A stretch of 42,371 nucleotides of DNA from Gammaproteobacteria bacterium. Lineage in GTDB: Bacteria > Pseudomonadota > Gammaproteobacteria > Arenicellales > Poriferihabitantaceae. The stretch is from positions 1 to 42,371 of the forward strand of contig JAJDVC010000250.1 in the NCBI GenBank assembly GCA_022826305.1. The letters are read 5' to 3'. The position numbers and the translations under genes are program-made. Within the stretch, counting starts at the first letter, position 1; every line of letters begins with the position of its first letter. The notes beneath the pieces were generated by a model. It was given only the letters and a program-made list of their open reading frames with translations, ran no database searches and was not told where the DNA came from. Positions 19,442 through 28,533 of the stretch are shown in pieces.

Positions 19442-19677
19442 CCCGTTCATCATATGTGACGGTTGTCATGGCGGCTCGCCTGTCGTACTCGATGCGGGTC
19501 CGCCCGTGCACGGTTCTGACGAAAGCCCGCATTCGGGTTTGCGTGCAGTCTTGCCAACCGTTGCCGCAACCAGTCCAGCAAGTTCCCGCCGGTCGGAAAG
19601 TTCACCGCCTTTCCTGCACCGGGCTGTCTGGCGTTATCTGCCTGAAGTCCGGTTTCCTTATGGTCCCGTTGGTCTGT

Positions 19678-22134
19678 TCAGGGATTCTTGCCAGCCAGAT
19701 TCGTTCGGGGCAGCCGGTTATCCGGATCCCGGACCGCGCCTTCCACGACCACAGCCCGCCTGGGATGACCGAGCACCAGCACGGTGACTTCCGTCCCCTG
19801 CCTGGCGATAGCCGGAGGCAGGTAGCAGAATGCCAGGTAGTGCCCGATGGCGTATCCGAATCCGCCGGAAGATACGTGTCCGGCGGGCTTCCCCTGATAC
19901 AGGACGGTTTCCGATCCAAGCGGGTCCGCCGCCGGTTCTCCGGGACCGGGTTCATCCAGTTGCAGGCAGGCAAGTTTCCAGTGTTTCGCCGGGCGGGTGG
20001 AGATTTCAGCTCCCTGGAATCCGCCTTTCCGGGAGAAACGCATGACGTCGGCCTCGGCCAGGGTCACTTCATTGGTGATCTCGTGTCCGGAACGATAGGC
20101 CTTTTCCATTCGCATGGCGTTAAGTGCTGCAGCTCCCACATGCACCGGCCGTGTCCTGCCCGGCACCGACATCAGTGACCGGTACACTGCCTCCATCCCT
20201 GCCATCGGCACATGCAGTTCCCAGCCGAGCTCGCCGGTATAGGTCACGCGAAGCGCCCGGACATTGCGCACCGCCCCGACGGCAATGTTCTGCACCGAAA
20301 GCCAGGGGAAGCTGGTGTTATCGAGGCCCGTGCCGGTACAGGATGCCAGGATTTCGCGGGATGCGGGGCCGGCCAGCATGATGACCCCGTATTCCTGCGA
20401 GACGTTGGCAATGGTCACCTTCTCGTACTCCCGTATCTGCCCGGTCAGCCAGTCCAGCAACGACGCTTCCCTCGCCGCCGCATAGACCATGTAGTAACCG
20501 CCGTTGTCCAGTCTGGCGAGGGTCGCCTCACCCTCGATCCGCCCGCACTCCATGACCAGGTATGTCAGGCTGATGCCGTCCGGTTTCCGCGGCAGGCGGT
20601 TGGACGATACGCGCTCAAGGAACGGCCCGGCATCCGGGCCGGTGATTTCAAGCTTTGCGAAGGCACTGAGATCGGCTATCCCGGCATGGGAGCGCAAACC
20701 GCCGACTTCCGAACCGACAATCGCATGAAGCGGTGACCGGACAAAGCTTTCAGCATGTTCGCGCGGGGTATTTCCGGTCGCGTACCAGAAGGGGCGTTCC
20801 CAGCCGAAAATGTCCTGATAGACCGCGCCCTCGGCTTTCAGGATGTCGTAAAGCGGGGAGCATCTGGAATGGGAGGGACGGCATGCCGGGCGATCCTTGG
20901 CGGGGTACGGAATCTCGTGCCTGAGCAGGTAGTCCTCCCGCGCCTTCGCGAGCCGGTAGTTCCTGTCGATCCGGGCGCCGAAACGCCTGGGATCGAAACT
21001 GCTCATGGAAATGTCGGCGGCCCCGTGGGTCATCCACTGGGCCAGGTACCGTCCCGCACCCGGCCCCCAGGCGATGCCGACCTGGGAACCGCAGCACAGC
21101 CAGAAATTCTCGATGCCGGACGGTCCGAGCAGCATGTTGCCATCCGGCGGATGAGTGATGGCTCCGTGGACGATGCGCCGGATGCCGAGCGAAGAAAGGA
21201 CCGGCATGCGCTCCATGGCATTCTCCAGCCAGGGCATGATGCGTTCCAGTTCCGGCTCGAACAGGGTGTTCTCCGCCTCCCAGGGAGTCCCGTCGTCCCA
21301 GACCGTCCGTTCATTGGCCTTTTCATAGATCCCGATCAGGCCGGATTTCTGCTCCATGCGGATATAGCCTGAAACCTGCCGGTCATCGCGTACAACCGGC
21401 AGTTCATTCTCCAGTTCCTGGAATTCCGGCACGCTGTCCGTCACGACGTAATGGTGCAGCATGTTGGCGATCGGCAGGTCGAGTCCGAGCCATTGACCGA
21501 TCTGCCTGGCGTAGGCGCCTCCGGCGTTGACCACCCGTTCCGCTCCGATGTCTCCCTGTTCGGTATGGATCGTGAATGCGCCATCTGCGGCGAGCGTGAT
21601 GCCGGTTACCCGGTTCTGCCGGATCACCATTCCGCCCATCTGTCTCGCACCCCTTGCCATGGCAAGGGTGACTCCGGCAGGGTCCACATGGCCGTCATGA
21701 GGAGTGTGAAGGGCAGCCTTGATGCCCTCGGTATTGTAGAAGGGATGGAGTTTCCGGATCCGCTCCGGATCGACGATTTCCATTTCGTGGCCCAGGCCGC
21801 ATCCGATGGAGCAGGTGTATTTCAGCCAGTCCACCTCGGCGTCCTCGTATGCGACCCTCAGGCTCCCGCAGCCGTGCCAGGAGCAGGACTGACCGGTCTC
21901 TTCTTCCAGCCGGGGGTAGAGCCCGGTACCGTACGAGGCCATCCTGGCAAGGCCGTAATGGCTGACCGAGTGCGTTATCTGTCCTGCGGCATGCCAGGTG
22001 GAACCGGAGGTCAGTTCCCCCTTTTCCAGCAACAGGATGTCCGCATCGCCTTCCTTGCACAGGTGATAGGCGAGGGAACAGCCCATGACCCCTCCGCCAA
22101 TGATGACCGTTCTTGCCTGGGTGGGTAGTGTCAT
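19678..22134 (-). CDS. GcvT-family FAD-dependent oxidoreductase (dimethylglycine/sarcosine dehydrogenase-like)
   Basis: IIGGGVMG, LTSGSTWHAAG (flavinylation His), DGHVDP, FGWERP, RVTYTGELGWELH and MRMEKAYR. Start ATG 22134. Confidence 0.93.
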   Translation of the reverse strand: MTLPTQARTVIIGGGVMGCSLAYHLCKEGDADILLLEKGELTSGSTWHAAGQITHSVSHYGLARMASYGTGLYPRLEEETGQSCSWHGCGSLRVAYEDAEVDWLKYTCSIGCGLGHEMEIVDPERIRKLHPFYNTEGIKAALHTPHDGHVDPAGVTLAMARGARQMGGMVIRQNRVTGITLAADGAFTIHTEQGDIGAERVVNAGGAYARQIGQWLGLDLPIANMLHHYVVTDSVPEFQELENELPVVRDDRQVSGYIRMEQKSGLIGIYEKANERTVWDDGTPWEAENTLFEPELERIMPWLENAMERMPVLSSLGIRRIVHGAITHPPDGNMLLGPSGIENFWLCCGSQVGIAWGPGAGRYLAQWMTHGAADISMSSFDPRRFGARIDRNYRLAKAREDYLLRHEIPYPAKDRPACRPSHSRCSPLYDILKAEGAVYQDIFGWERPFWYATGNTPREHAESFVRSPLHAIVGSEVGGLRSHAGIADLSAFAKLEITGPDAGPFLERVSSNRLPRKPDGISLTYLVMECGRIEGEATLARLDNGGYYMVYAAAREASLLDWLTGQIREYEKVTIANVSQEYGVIMLAGPASREILASCTGTGLDNTSFPWLSVQNIAVGAVRNVRALRVTYTGELGWELHVPMAGMEAVYRSLMSVPGRTRPVHVGAAALNAMRMEKAYRSGHEITNEVTLAEADVMRFSRKGGFQGAEISTRPAKHWKLACLQLDEPGPGEPAADPLGSETVLYQGKPAGHVSSGGFGYAIGHYLAFCYLPPAIARQGTEVTVLVLGHPRRAVVVEGAVRDPDNRLPRTNLAGKNP

Positions 22135-22170
22135 GATTCGGGTGGGTTGAGTGCCTGTTCCGGGCGATGA

Positions 22171-22186
22171 TGATACACTTGTATCA
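22171..22186. promoter_or_regulatory. Palindromic operator TGATACA-CT-TGTATCA between divergent gcvT-like and rpiR genes
   Basis: Perfect 7-2-7 inverted repeat in the 73-bp divergent intergenic region. Confidence 0.65.
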
Positions 22187-22207
22187 AAATACCATTCAAG
22201 TGTGCAT

Positions 22208-23098
22208 ATGTCACAACAGGGGTTGCCCCCCGCTACCCAGGAAGCAGTGGTTGACGCCTTGATCGGGATCCATGACCGGTTGCCGACCCAGCTCCGGATT
22301 GCGGCACGGTATGTAATCGACCATCCCGTCGAGGTTGGCGTACAGACCATGCGGACGCTCGCCGCCAGGGCGGGAATACACCCGAACAGCTTCATTCGTC
22401 TGGCCCGGCAGCTCGGTTTCGATGGTTTCGAGTCGATGCGGGAGCGGTTCAGGGACTTTGTGCGAAGCGGCGCAGGCAGTAGCGAAAGCAGGGCGCTGTG
22501 GCTGCAGCAGATGGCCGGTCAGGGCGGCATGTCCAGCGTGGTTGCACGGATGGCGACATCCACGATGGCGAATCTGGAGCAGATGGTGCAGTCGCAGGAC
22601 ATCGAGCGGCTGGAGAATGCCGTGTCGAGAATGCTCGGCAGCCGCCGTGTCCTTGTCCTCGGAGTGGGGGCGGGTTATGCGCCGGCCTACAATTTCTGGT
22701 ATGTCGCCAGGATGATATGTGACCATTTTTTCCTGGTTCCGCATCATGGCAGTCTCCCCATGGACGACATTGTCACCGCCAGCGCATCCGACACGCTTTT
22801 CTGCATGACATTCCAGCCCTATCGCAGGGATATTCTCCAGGCCATGCAGTATGCGCGCCAGCGCGGGACCTACGTGATCGGCCTGTCCGACAGCCCCGCG
22901 GCCCGGGTATGCCGGGAAGCCGACCTGGGATTGCATGTGCCAACCCATACGCCCCAGTTCTTCCACAGCAACACGGCCGTGTTTTCGCTGCTTGAAACGC
23001 TCTGTGCACTGTTGGCGGCCAGTGGCGGAGATGATGCGGTCAGTCGTGTAGAGCGGTTCAGCAGGTTGCGCTGGGAATCCGGAACGTACGAGGAATGA
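22208..23098 (+). CDS. MurR/RpiR family transcriptional regulator (HTH + SIS)
   Basis: LPTQLRIAARYVIDHP, MRTLAARAGIHPNSFIRLARQLGFDGF HTH, and SIS domain TFQPY / IGLSDS. Confidence 0.92.
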   Translation: MSQQGLPPATQEAVVDALIGIHDRLPTQLRIAARYVIDHPVEVGVQTMRTLAARAGIHPNSFIRLARQLGFDGFESMRERFRDFVRSGAGSSESRALWLQQMAGQGGMSSVVARMATSTMANLEQMVQSQDIERLENAVSRMLGSRRVLVLGVGAGYAPAYNFWYVARMICDHFFLVPHHGSLPMDDIVTASASDTLFCMTFQPYRRDILQAMQYARQRGTYVIGLSDSPAARVCREADLGLHVPTHTPQFFHSNTAVFSLLETLCALLAASGGDDAVSRVERFSRLRWESGTYEE

Positions 23099-23158
23099 CT
23101 GGCGGTATTCCGGGGTTGGCCGTGGCCGGTTGCAAGGGAGACTCGGTCCCGGCGCTGA

Positions 23159-23176
23159 CCGGGAGCACGCTCCCGG
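23159..23176. repeat. GC hairpin CCGGGAGC-AC-GCTCCCGG between convergent genes (terminator/REP-like)
   Basis: Perfect 8-bp arms. A related hairpin lies at 30692-30710. Confidence 0.4.
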
Positions 23177-23252
23177 GTTCTGCCCCCGACTGCCGACAGC
23201 ACCATGCATCATCTCACCGACACCGGAGACAGTGAGCCGGATAACGCCCGGA

Positions 23253-24374
23253 TTACACTATCTGTCGGATGTATTTCTGCCTGACGAGCCGGTACACCAC
23301 CACGACGAACGCCGTAAGCGGTATGGCCAGGATAATACCCAGTACGCCATCCAGGGCGGCGCTCCAGAAAAATATCCCGACGATGATTGCCATGGGGGGC
23401 AACCCGATGGCGTCGCCCAGGATTCGGGGCGTCAGCAGGTAGCTCTCCATCAGTTGAACCAGAATGAAGATCACGAGCACCAGGGCAAGCAGGGAACCAC
23501 CTCCGCCATCCTGGAACCAGGCTATGGGCAGGCATACGGCCAGACCGATGATGCTGCCGAGATAGGGAATGATGTTCAGGAGTCCCAGCATCAGCCCGAG
23601 TACGATTCCATACTTGAGACCGATCAGGCTGAAACCGATCGCGAACATGCCTCCCTGGATCAGGGCGATGATGACCTGGCTGCGAAAGAAAATGATCACC
23701 AGACTGAAGAACTCCTGTATCAGGTAGATCACGTCGGCTGCGGTGCCGGTTTTCAGGAACGGCAGGTGATCGGGTTCCAGGGAACCCGGTCGCAGCTTCG
23801 GCATTACCAGGAAGTAGGCCAGATAGACGGGCAGTATGGCCCATCCGAGCAGGGCAACCATGCTGGAAGTGATGCTGGCCCCGGCCCGGGTGAGGTAGTT
23901 CATCAGGTGCTGGGCGAAGGCGATCACGGGTTCCCAGCCCAGGTTTTCCTCGATGGACCTGCCTATCCCATCGGTCTGGAAGTACTCCAGCAATCCTGAA
24001 TGGTGCTCCCAGACCCAGTTGTACATCGCCTCCCATAGTGCCGAAATCTGTTCGAGCAGAGCCATCAGCTGGGTCATGATCAGTGAACCGAAAACCAGAA
24101 TGATCAGGACAATGGGTGCCAGTATCGACAGATAGACCAGTAGAAGGGCCGCGACGGCAGGAAGCCTGCGTCTCAGAAAGGCGTACCACGGATCAAGCAT
24201 CGTGGCCAGTACTCCCGCGACAGCCAGCGGCAGAAAGACATGCCAGAAAGCCTGAAAGAACCGGGACAGGTAGACCAGGGCGACTATCGTGGCGAACATC
24301 ACCACCGCCCCCGCCAGGATGGTCATGGCGGTGCCCAGCACCTTCTTCTGGTAGTCGGACAGGTTTACATCCAT
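23253..24374 (-). CDS. AI-2E family transporter (PerM/UPF0118)
   Basis: Multi-TM. FFRSQVIIA, GLLNIIPYLG, QLMESYLLTPRILGDAIGL and LAIPLTA. Confidence 0.9.
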   Translation of the reverse strand: MDVNLSDYQKKVLGTAMTILAGAVVMFATIVALVYLSRFFQAFWHVFLPLAVAGVLATMLDPWYAFLRRRLPAVAALLLVYLSILAPIVLIILVFGSLIMTQLMALLEQISALWEAMYNWVWEHHSGLLEYFQTDGIGRSIEENLGWEPVIAFAQHLMNYLTRAGASITSSMVALLGWAILPVYLAYFLVMPKLRPGSLEPDHLPFLKTGTAADVIYLIQEFFSLVIIFFRSQVIIALIQGGMFAIGFSLIGLKYGIVLGLMLGLLNIIPYLGSIIGLAVCLPIAWFQDGGGGSLLALVLVIFILVQLMESYLLTPRILGDAIGLPPMAIIVGIFFWSAALDGVLGIILAIPLTAFVVVVYRLVRQKYIRQIV

Positions 24375-24547
24375 CGGCTGGTCATTCCCGGTGGGTCGGG
24401 CGTTACGGAAATTCGGCTGAACGGGTTTTCCATACCCGGAGTATAGTCCATCGGATTCGGGACTGCCGGGCGTTCGGTCAGCGCTGTTTCGTCCGATTTG
24501 TCAGGATGAAGTGGGACAGGGTCGACACGATTTCGTCCTGATCTGGA

Positions 24548-24592
24548 AAGCACATCTGTTTCATTATTCGGAAATATGGTACAAATGTACAA
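24548..24592. promoter_or_regulatory. Two degenerate copies of the 7-2-7 operator upstream of the Rieske gene
   Basis: AAGCACA-TC-TGTTTCA (24548-24563) and TGGTACA-AA-TGTACAA (24577-24592) match the TGNWACA-N2-TGTWNCA pattern seen at 22171. Confidence 0.5.
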
Positions 24593-24636
24593 GATTTTCG
24601 TGTTCAACCCTTTCGAGCACCGAGGAGGATGCGACC

Positions 24637-25740
24637 ATGGGAAACCGGAATGCGCCTTCAATGACCGGCATGGACCGGGCCGGGCCTGTCCGGGGTTTGC
24701 CGGCACGCTACTTCACCGATCCGGGGATTCACGAACAGATAAAGCAGAAGGTCTATTTCACCACCTGGCAGTTCGCCTGCCACGCAAGCCAGGTTTCGCG
24801 GCCCGGGGATTTCCTTGCTTTCCCGCTCTTCGAGCAGGATATCCTGGTCGTCCGTTCGCGGGACGGACTACGGGCCATGTTCAATGTCTGCCAGCACAGG
24901 GGACACAAGCTGGTGGAGGGGCAGGGAAGCCGATCCCGGATTACCTGCCCCTACCATGCCTGGACCTATGATCTCGAGGGTCGCCTGGTGGGTGCGCCGA
25001 ACTCGGGATGCGTCGAGGGCTTCGATGCCGGTTGTATCCGGATCCCACAGATCCGGGTCGAGGAATTCCTGGGTTTTGTCTTTGTCAACCTGGATCATGA
25101 GGCGCCCACAATGGAGCAATGCTATCCGGGCGTGGCGGAAGCGGCCCTGGAATTGTGTCCCGACATGGAATGCAGGAAGTTCGCCCATGAGCATGCCGCA
25201 GACGAGGGATGCAACTGGCTGACGGCGGTAGAAAACTACAATGAGTGCTATCACTGCAAGGTGGCCCATGCCGAATTTGCAAAGGGGGTGATCGACCCGG
25301 ACAGTTATCGTATCGCGCCCTTCGGCGGGGGGAAGGTGCTCAGGCATACTTCGCTCGCCACGCAAGGACCGGATGCCTGGTACGATGTCGCCGGATCGGA
25401 TTACGGAAGCTTCTTTCTGTGGCCGGCAACGGCAATCCAGATATACCCCGGCGGCCTGCTGAATACCTACCACTGGCGCCCCCTTGCCGTGGACGATGTC
25501 CGGGTTCACCGGGGCTGGTACTCTGCAGACGGACAGGTGGATGATACTCTTCGCAGGGTCATTGACCTGGACCGTGACACGACGTTTTCCGAGGATCTCG
25601 AACTGGTGAAGAACGTCCAGCGGGGGCTGGGCTCCCTGGGCTACCGTCCGGGCCCCCTGATACTCGATCCCGACGGCGGCATCGACAATGAACTGTCGAT
25701 TGCGGTGCTGCATCAGTGGCTGCGCCAGGCGGTCGACTGA
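24637..25740 (+). CDS. Rieske non-heme iron oxygenase alpha subunit (choline monooxygenase/CntA/GbcA-like)
   Basis: Rieske CQHRG...CPYHAW and mononuclear Fe site NWLTAVENYNECYHCKVAH...ED. GAGGAGG RBS before ATG 24637. Confidence 0.92.
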   Translation: MGNRNAPSMTGMDRAGPVRGLPARYFTDPGIHEQIKQKVYFTTWQFACHASQVSRPGDFLAFPLFEQDILVVRSRDGLRAMFNVCQHRGHKLVEGQGSRSRITCPYHAWTYDLEGRLVGAPNSGCVEGFDAGCIRIPQIRVEEFLGFVFVNLDHEAPTMEQCYPGVAEAALELCPDMECRKFAHEHAADEGCNWLTAVENYNECYHCKVAHAEFAKGVIDPDSYRIAPFGGGKVLRHTSLATQGPDAWYDVAGSDYGSFFLWPATAIQIYPGGLLNTYHWRPLAVDDVRVHRGWYSADGQVDDTLRRVIDLDRDTTFSEDLELVKNVQRGLGSLGYRPGPLILDPDGGIDNELSIAVLHQWLRQAVD

Positions 25741-25794
25741 ACAGCGCATGACCGGGCGATGTGATACGACCTTTGTCATGACGCGGAACCAGGC

Positions 25795-27090
25795 GTGAAA
25801 ACCGAATCGGAACGGATGTTTGAAACGGCCGGACGAACCCTGCCCGGTGCGGGCCTGGGCGGATATTCCCTGCCTGAATCGGTCCGCCTGATCTTCAGTC
25901 ATGGCAAGGGATCCCGCATGTGGGATGTGGACGGGAACGAGTACATCGATTTCGTCGGGGGCGCCGGGGCGCTGATACTGGGGCACTGCCACCCGGCCGT
26001 GGTCGATGCCGCAAACGAGCAGACGACCCGGGGAGGGCACATGTTCGGGTCCCTCAACGACAGGGCCGTGGAGCTTGCCGACAGACTGGCAAGGGATATA
26101 CCCTGCGCGGAAAAGATCGCCTATGCCACGACCGGGTCCGAAGCCACGGCCTATGCCATGCGCCTTGCGCGCGCTTTCACGGGACGCGACCGGATACTCA
26201 AGTTCGAGGGGGCCTATCATGGCAATCACGACTATGCGATCGTCAGCACCTTCCCTCGTGAAACCGGTCACTATCCGCAGGGCGTCGCGGATTCCGGCGG
26301 CCAGCCGGACGCAACGGTTTCAACCATGCTGGTCTGTCCGTACAACGATCTGGAAACCCTGAAGCGGATAGTGGCCGAGCATGTCCGCGAGATCGCCGGA
26401 ATCATCGTCGAACCGGTACAGCGGATCATTCCCGCCAGGCCCGGATTTCTTCATGGTGTGCAGGAAATCTGCCGGGCCAACGATATCGTGTTCATTCTGG
26501 ATGAAGTGGTGACCGGTTTCCGCCTGAGCTACGGAGGCGGGCAGGAGTGGTTCGGGGTGAGCCCCGATCTGGCAGCCTATGGCAAGGTGATCGGTGCTGG
26601 CGGTCCGCTGTCCTGTGTTGCCGGACGGGCCGAGATCATTGACCTCGGGGATCCCCATCGAAAGGGGCAGGAGCGTTATACCTACCTGAACGGCACGCTT
26701 CATGGCAATCCGGTTGCCGCCGCGGCGACCATGGCCATGCTTGATGAGTTGTCGAGGCCGGGGGTTCATGTCCGGATGAACGATTACACCCGGGAACTCG
26801 GTGCGGCCTGCCAGAAAATCCTGGACAGATACGATATCCCCGCGATAGTCCAGAGCACCGGTTCCCTGTGGCAGATCCTCTTCATGGACAGGACGCCGCT
26901 TGACATGACCGATATCCTCAACTCCGACCAGGCGGCCATGCGCCGACTGGACATGGAACTGATGCGTAACGGACAGTATGTCCTGCCCGGTGTGCGCAGA
27001 TTCATCTCGACGGTCCATACGGATTCGGATCTGGAGGATACGGTCCGGGGACTGGATGACGCCTGCCGTGCGTTTAACAGGACAGGGTAG
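25795..27090 (+). CDS. Class III PLP aminotransferase (glutamate-1-semialdehyde aminomutase-like)
   Basis: WDVDGNEYIDF, TGSEAT, KFEGAYHG, IVEPV, ILDEVVTGFR, PDLAAYGKVIG (PLP Lys) and GTLHGNP. Confidence 0.92.
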   Translation: MKTESERMFETAGRTLPGAGLGGYSLPESVRLIFSHGKGSRMWDVDGNEYIDFVGGAGALILGHCHPAVVDAANEQTTRGGHMFGSLNDRAVELADRLARDIPCAEKIAYATTGSEATAYAMRLARAFTGRDRILKFEGAYHGNHDYAIVSTFPRETGHYPQGVADSGGQPDATVSTMLVCPYNDLETLKRIVAEHVREIAGIIVEPVQRIIPARPGFLHGVQEICRANDIVFILDEVVTGFRLSYGGGQEWFGVSPDLAAYGKVIGAGGPLSCVAGRAEIIDLGDPHRKGQERYTYLNGTLHGNPVAAAATMAMLDELSRPGVHVRMNDYTRELGAACQKILDRYDIPAIVQSTGSLWQILFMDRTPLDMTDILNSDQAAMRRLDMELMRNGQYVLPGVRRFISTVHTDSDLEDTVRGLDDACRAFNRTG

Positions 27091-27148
27091 CTGGATGCTG
27101 CTTGCCTGGAGATTACTGCCGGATTGCTCGCCTCAGGTATGCATCTGC

Positions 27149-27216
27149 AAACAAAAAAGCCTTCAGGTTCTGTTTATCCGCCCAAAAGTAATGGGATAAG
27201 CGTACTGCTGAAGGCT
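27149..27216 (-). terminator. Long interrupted hairpin followed by U-tract on the minus strand (terminator or structured RNA)
   Basis: AGCCTTCAG (27158-27166) pairs with CTGAAGGCT (27208-27216), with an inner TTATCC/GGATAA stem. The minus strand ends in a T-rich tract (27149-27158). Confidence 0.6.
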
Positions 27217-27324
27217 CCGAACGGTCTTATTGTATAACAATATCTCCTAACTGTTCCATTGTCGTTGGATTTTGTGCTGATCGCTCCGGGATAGCGGCGG
27301 GTGTTGCGCCCCGGGGTGGGGGGG

Positions 27325-27640
27325 TTATTGGTTCTGCATGTTCATAACAATTCCTTCTTGCTCTGCCCTGTTTAGCAAGCCAACCAGAATCATGCTTTGT
27401 TTTTCAGAAGGTATTTTCCTTGGAATCTGGGTGGCGATCTGTAATATCCCCATTTCCTTTGGTGAAAATAGACCTCTGTCTCGGGCTTTTTGTAACAGAT
27501 TGCGCCATTCATCGCCAGAAAATTGCAGCACCATTTTCTGGGATTCTATACCATTGTCAATTCTCTGAATCTTCGTGGCAGTTTTATTTTCTTCGTCGAC
27601 GACACTCTCTGAAATCAACTCTGATTTGAATTCTTCTGGC
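27325..27640 (-). pseudogene. C-terminal remnant of an AIPR-family (abortive infection phage resistance) protein
   Basis: PEEFKSELISE...IDNGIESQKMV...W...SPKEMGILQIA.QIPRKIPSEKQS..L..LL.RAEQEG resembles AIPR C-termini as I remember them. No start or RBS, upstream in-frame stop, AT-rich. Confidence 0.55.
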
Positions 27641-27683
27641 TACTGGTTGCTGCTAACCCGTTTCTTCCAGGGTCAGTCATGAG

Positions 27684-28490
27684 CTACCTGCCCTTCCAGA
27701 CCGGCTTGCGCTTCTCCGCAAACGCCCGCCCGCCTTCCATGAAATCTTCCGAATACAGCATTTCCTGATATGCCGGAAATGCCCGGTTCCCGGGCTTGGT
27801 GGCGGCAAAGGCCTCGCGGATCGGCAGTCCCTGGATGCGAGGCATCACTTCCTTGAGCGCCTGCAGGGCAAGCGGGGCGCCTTCGGCTATATCCGCTGCC
27901 AGTTCCCGGGCGCGCTCCGGCAGTGCGGATCCGGGCAGAACCTCGTTGACCAGGCCCCATCCCAAGGCCTCCTGTGCACTGAGCCGTCTTCCGATCAGGA
28001 GCAGTTCCATCGCCACGTTGTACGGCAGTTTCCGGGGCAGGTGCTGGATGCCCCCGACATCCGGCAGGAACCCCCGCTGCAGTTCCGGAAAGAAGAATTC
28101 CGTCGTGTCCGAACACAGGATCAGGTCGCAGGCCAGGGCGATTTCAAACCCGCCACCAACCGCGATTCCGTTGACTGCTGCGACAACCGGTTTCCTCAGA
28201 TCCCAGAATTCGGTTATTCCGGCAAATCCGCCGGGACTTGCCAGCGATTCCGACAGGGCCGTTTCGTTGGAGTCCATCGCGGCAAGTTCCTTGAGGTCCC
28301 ACCCGGCACAGAAGATTCTTCCGGTGCCGCCGCTGATGATGCCGCACTGCAGTTCGGGGTCGGCTTGCAGTTGCGACAGGGCCGCATGTATGGATTCCGA
28401 AACCGAACGGGTGATAGCATTGGCCGGGGGACGATCAAGCGTGATTTCCATGACCTTTCCGGTGGTGGTTACCCTGACTTGTGTGCTCAT
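27684..28490 (-). CDS. Enoyl-CoA hydratase/isomerase (carnitinyl-CoA dehydratase CaiD-like)
   Basis: ITLDRPPANAI, FCAGWDLK, GGFAGITE, KPVVAAVNGIAVGGGFE and EGGRAFAEKRKPVWKGR. Start ATG 28490. Confidence 0.9.
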   Translation of the reverse strand: MSTQVRVTTTGKVMEITLDRPPANAITRSVSESIHAALSQLQADPELQCGIISGGTGRIFCAGWDLKELAAMDSNETALSESLASPGGFAGITEFWDLRKPVVAAVNGIAVGGGFEIALACDLILCSDTTEFFFPELQRGFLPDVGGIQHLPRKLPYNVAMELLLIGRRLSAQEALGWGLVNEVLPGSALPERARELAADIAEGAPLALQALKEVMPRIQGLPIREAFAATKPGNRAFPAYQEMLYSEDFMEGGRAFAEKRKPVWKGR

Positions 28491-28533
28491 GATGTGATCG
28501 ATATGGTAGTGATGTGAGTCAGCGCAAACTGTA

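Noticed and set aside
19516-19550. CTGACGA followed by a hairpin, resembling a hammerhead ribozyme core
   Set aside because: No GAAA after stem II and no stems I/III. It is more likely a simple hairpin between convergent genes.
25795-27090. Calling the aminotransferase hemL
   Set aside because: It lacks the typical HemL N-terminal PGGVNSPVRA and sits in a catabolic operon, so no symbol was given.
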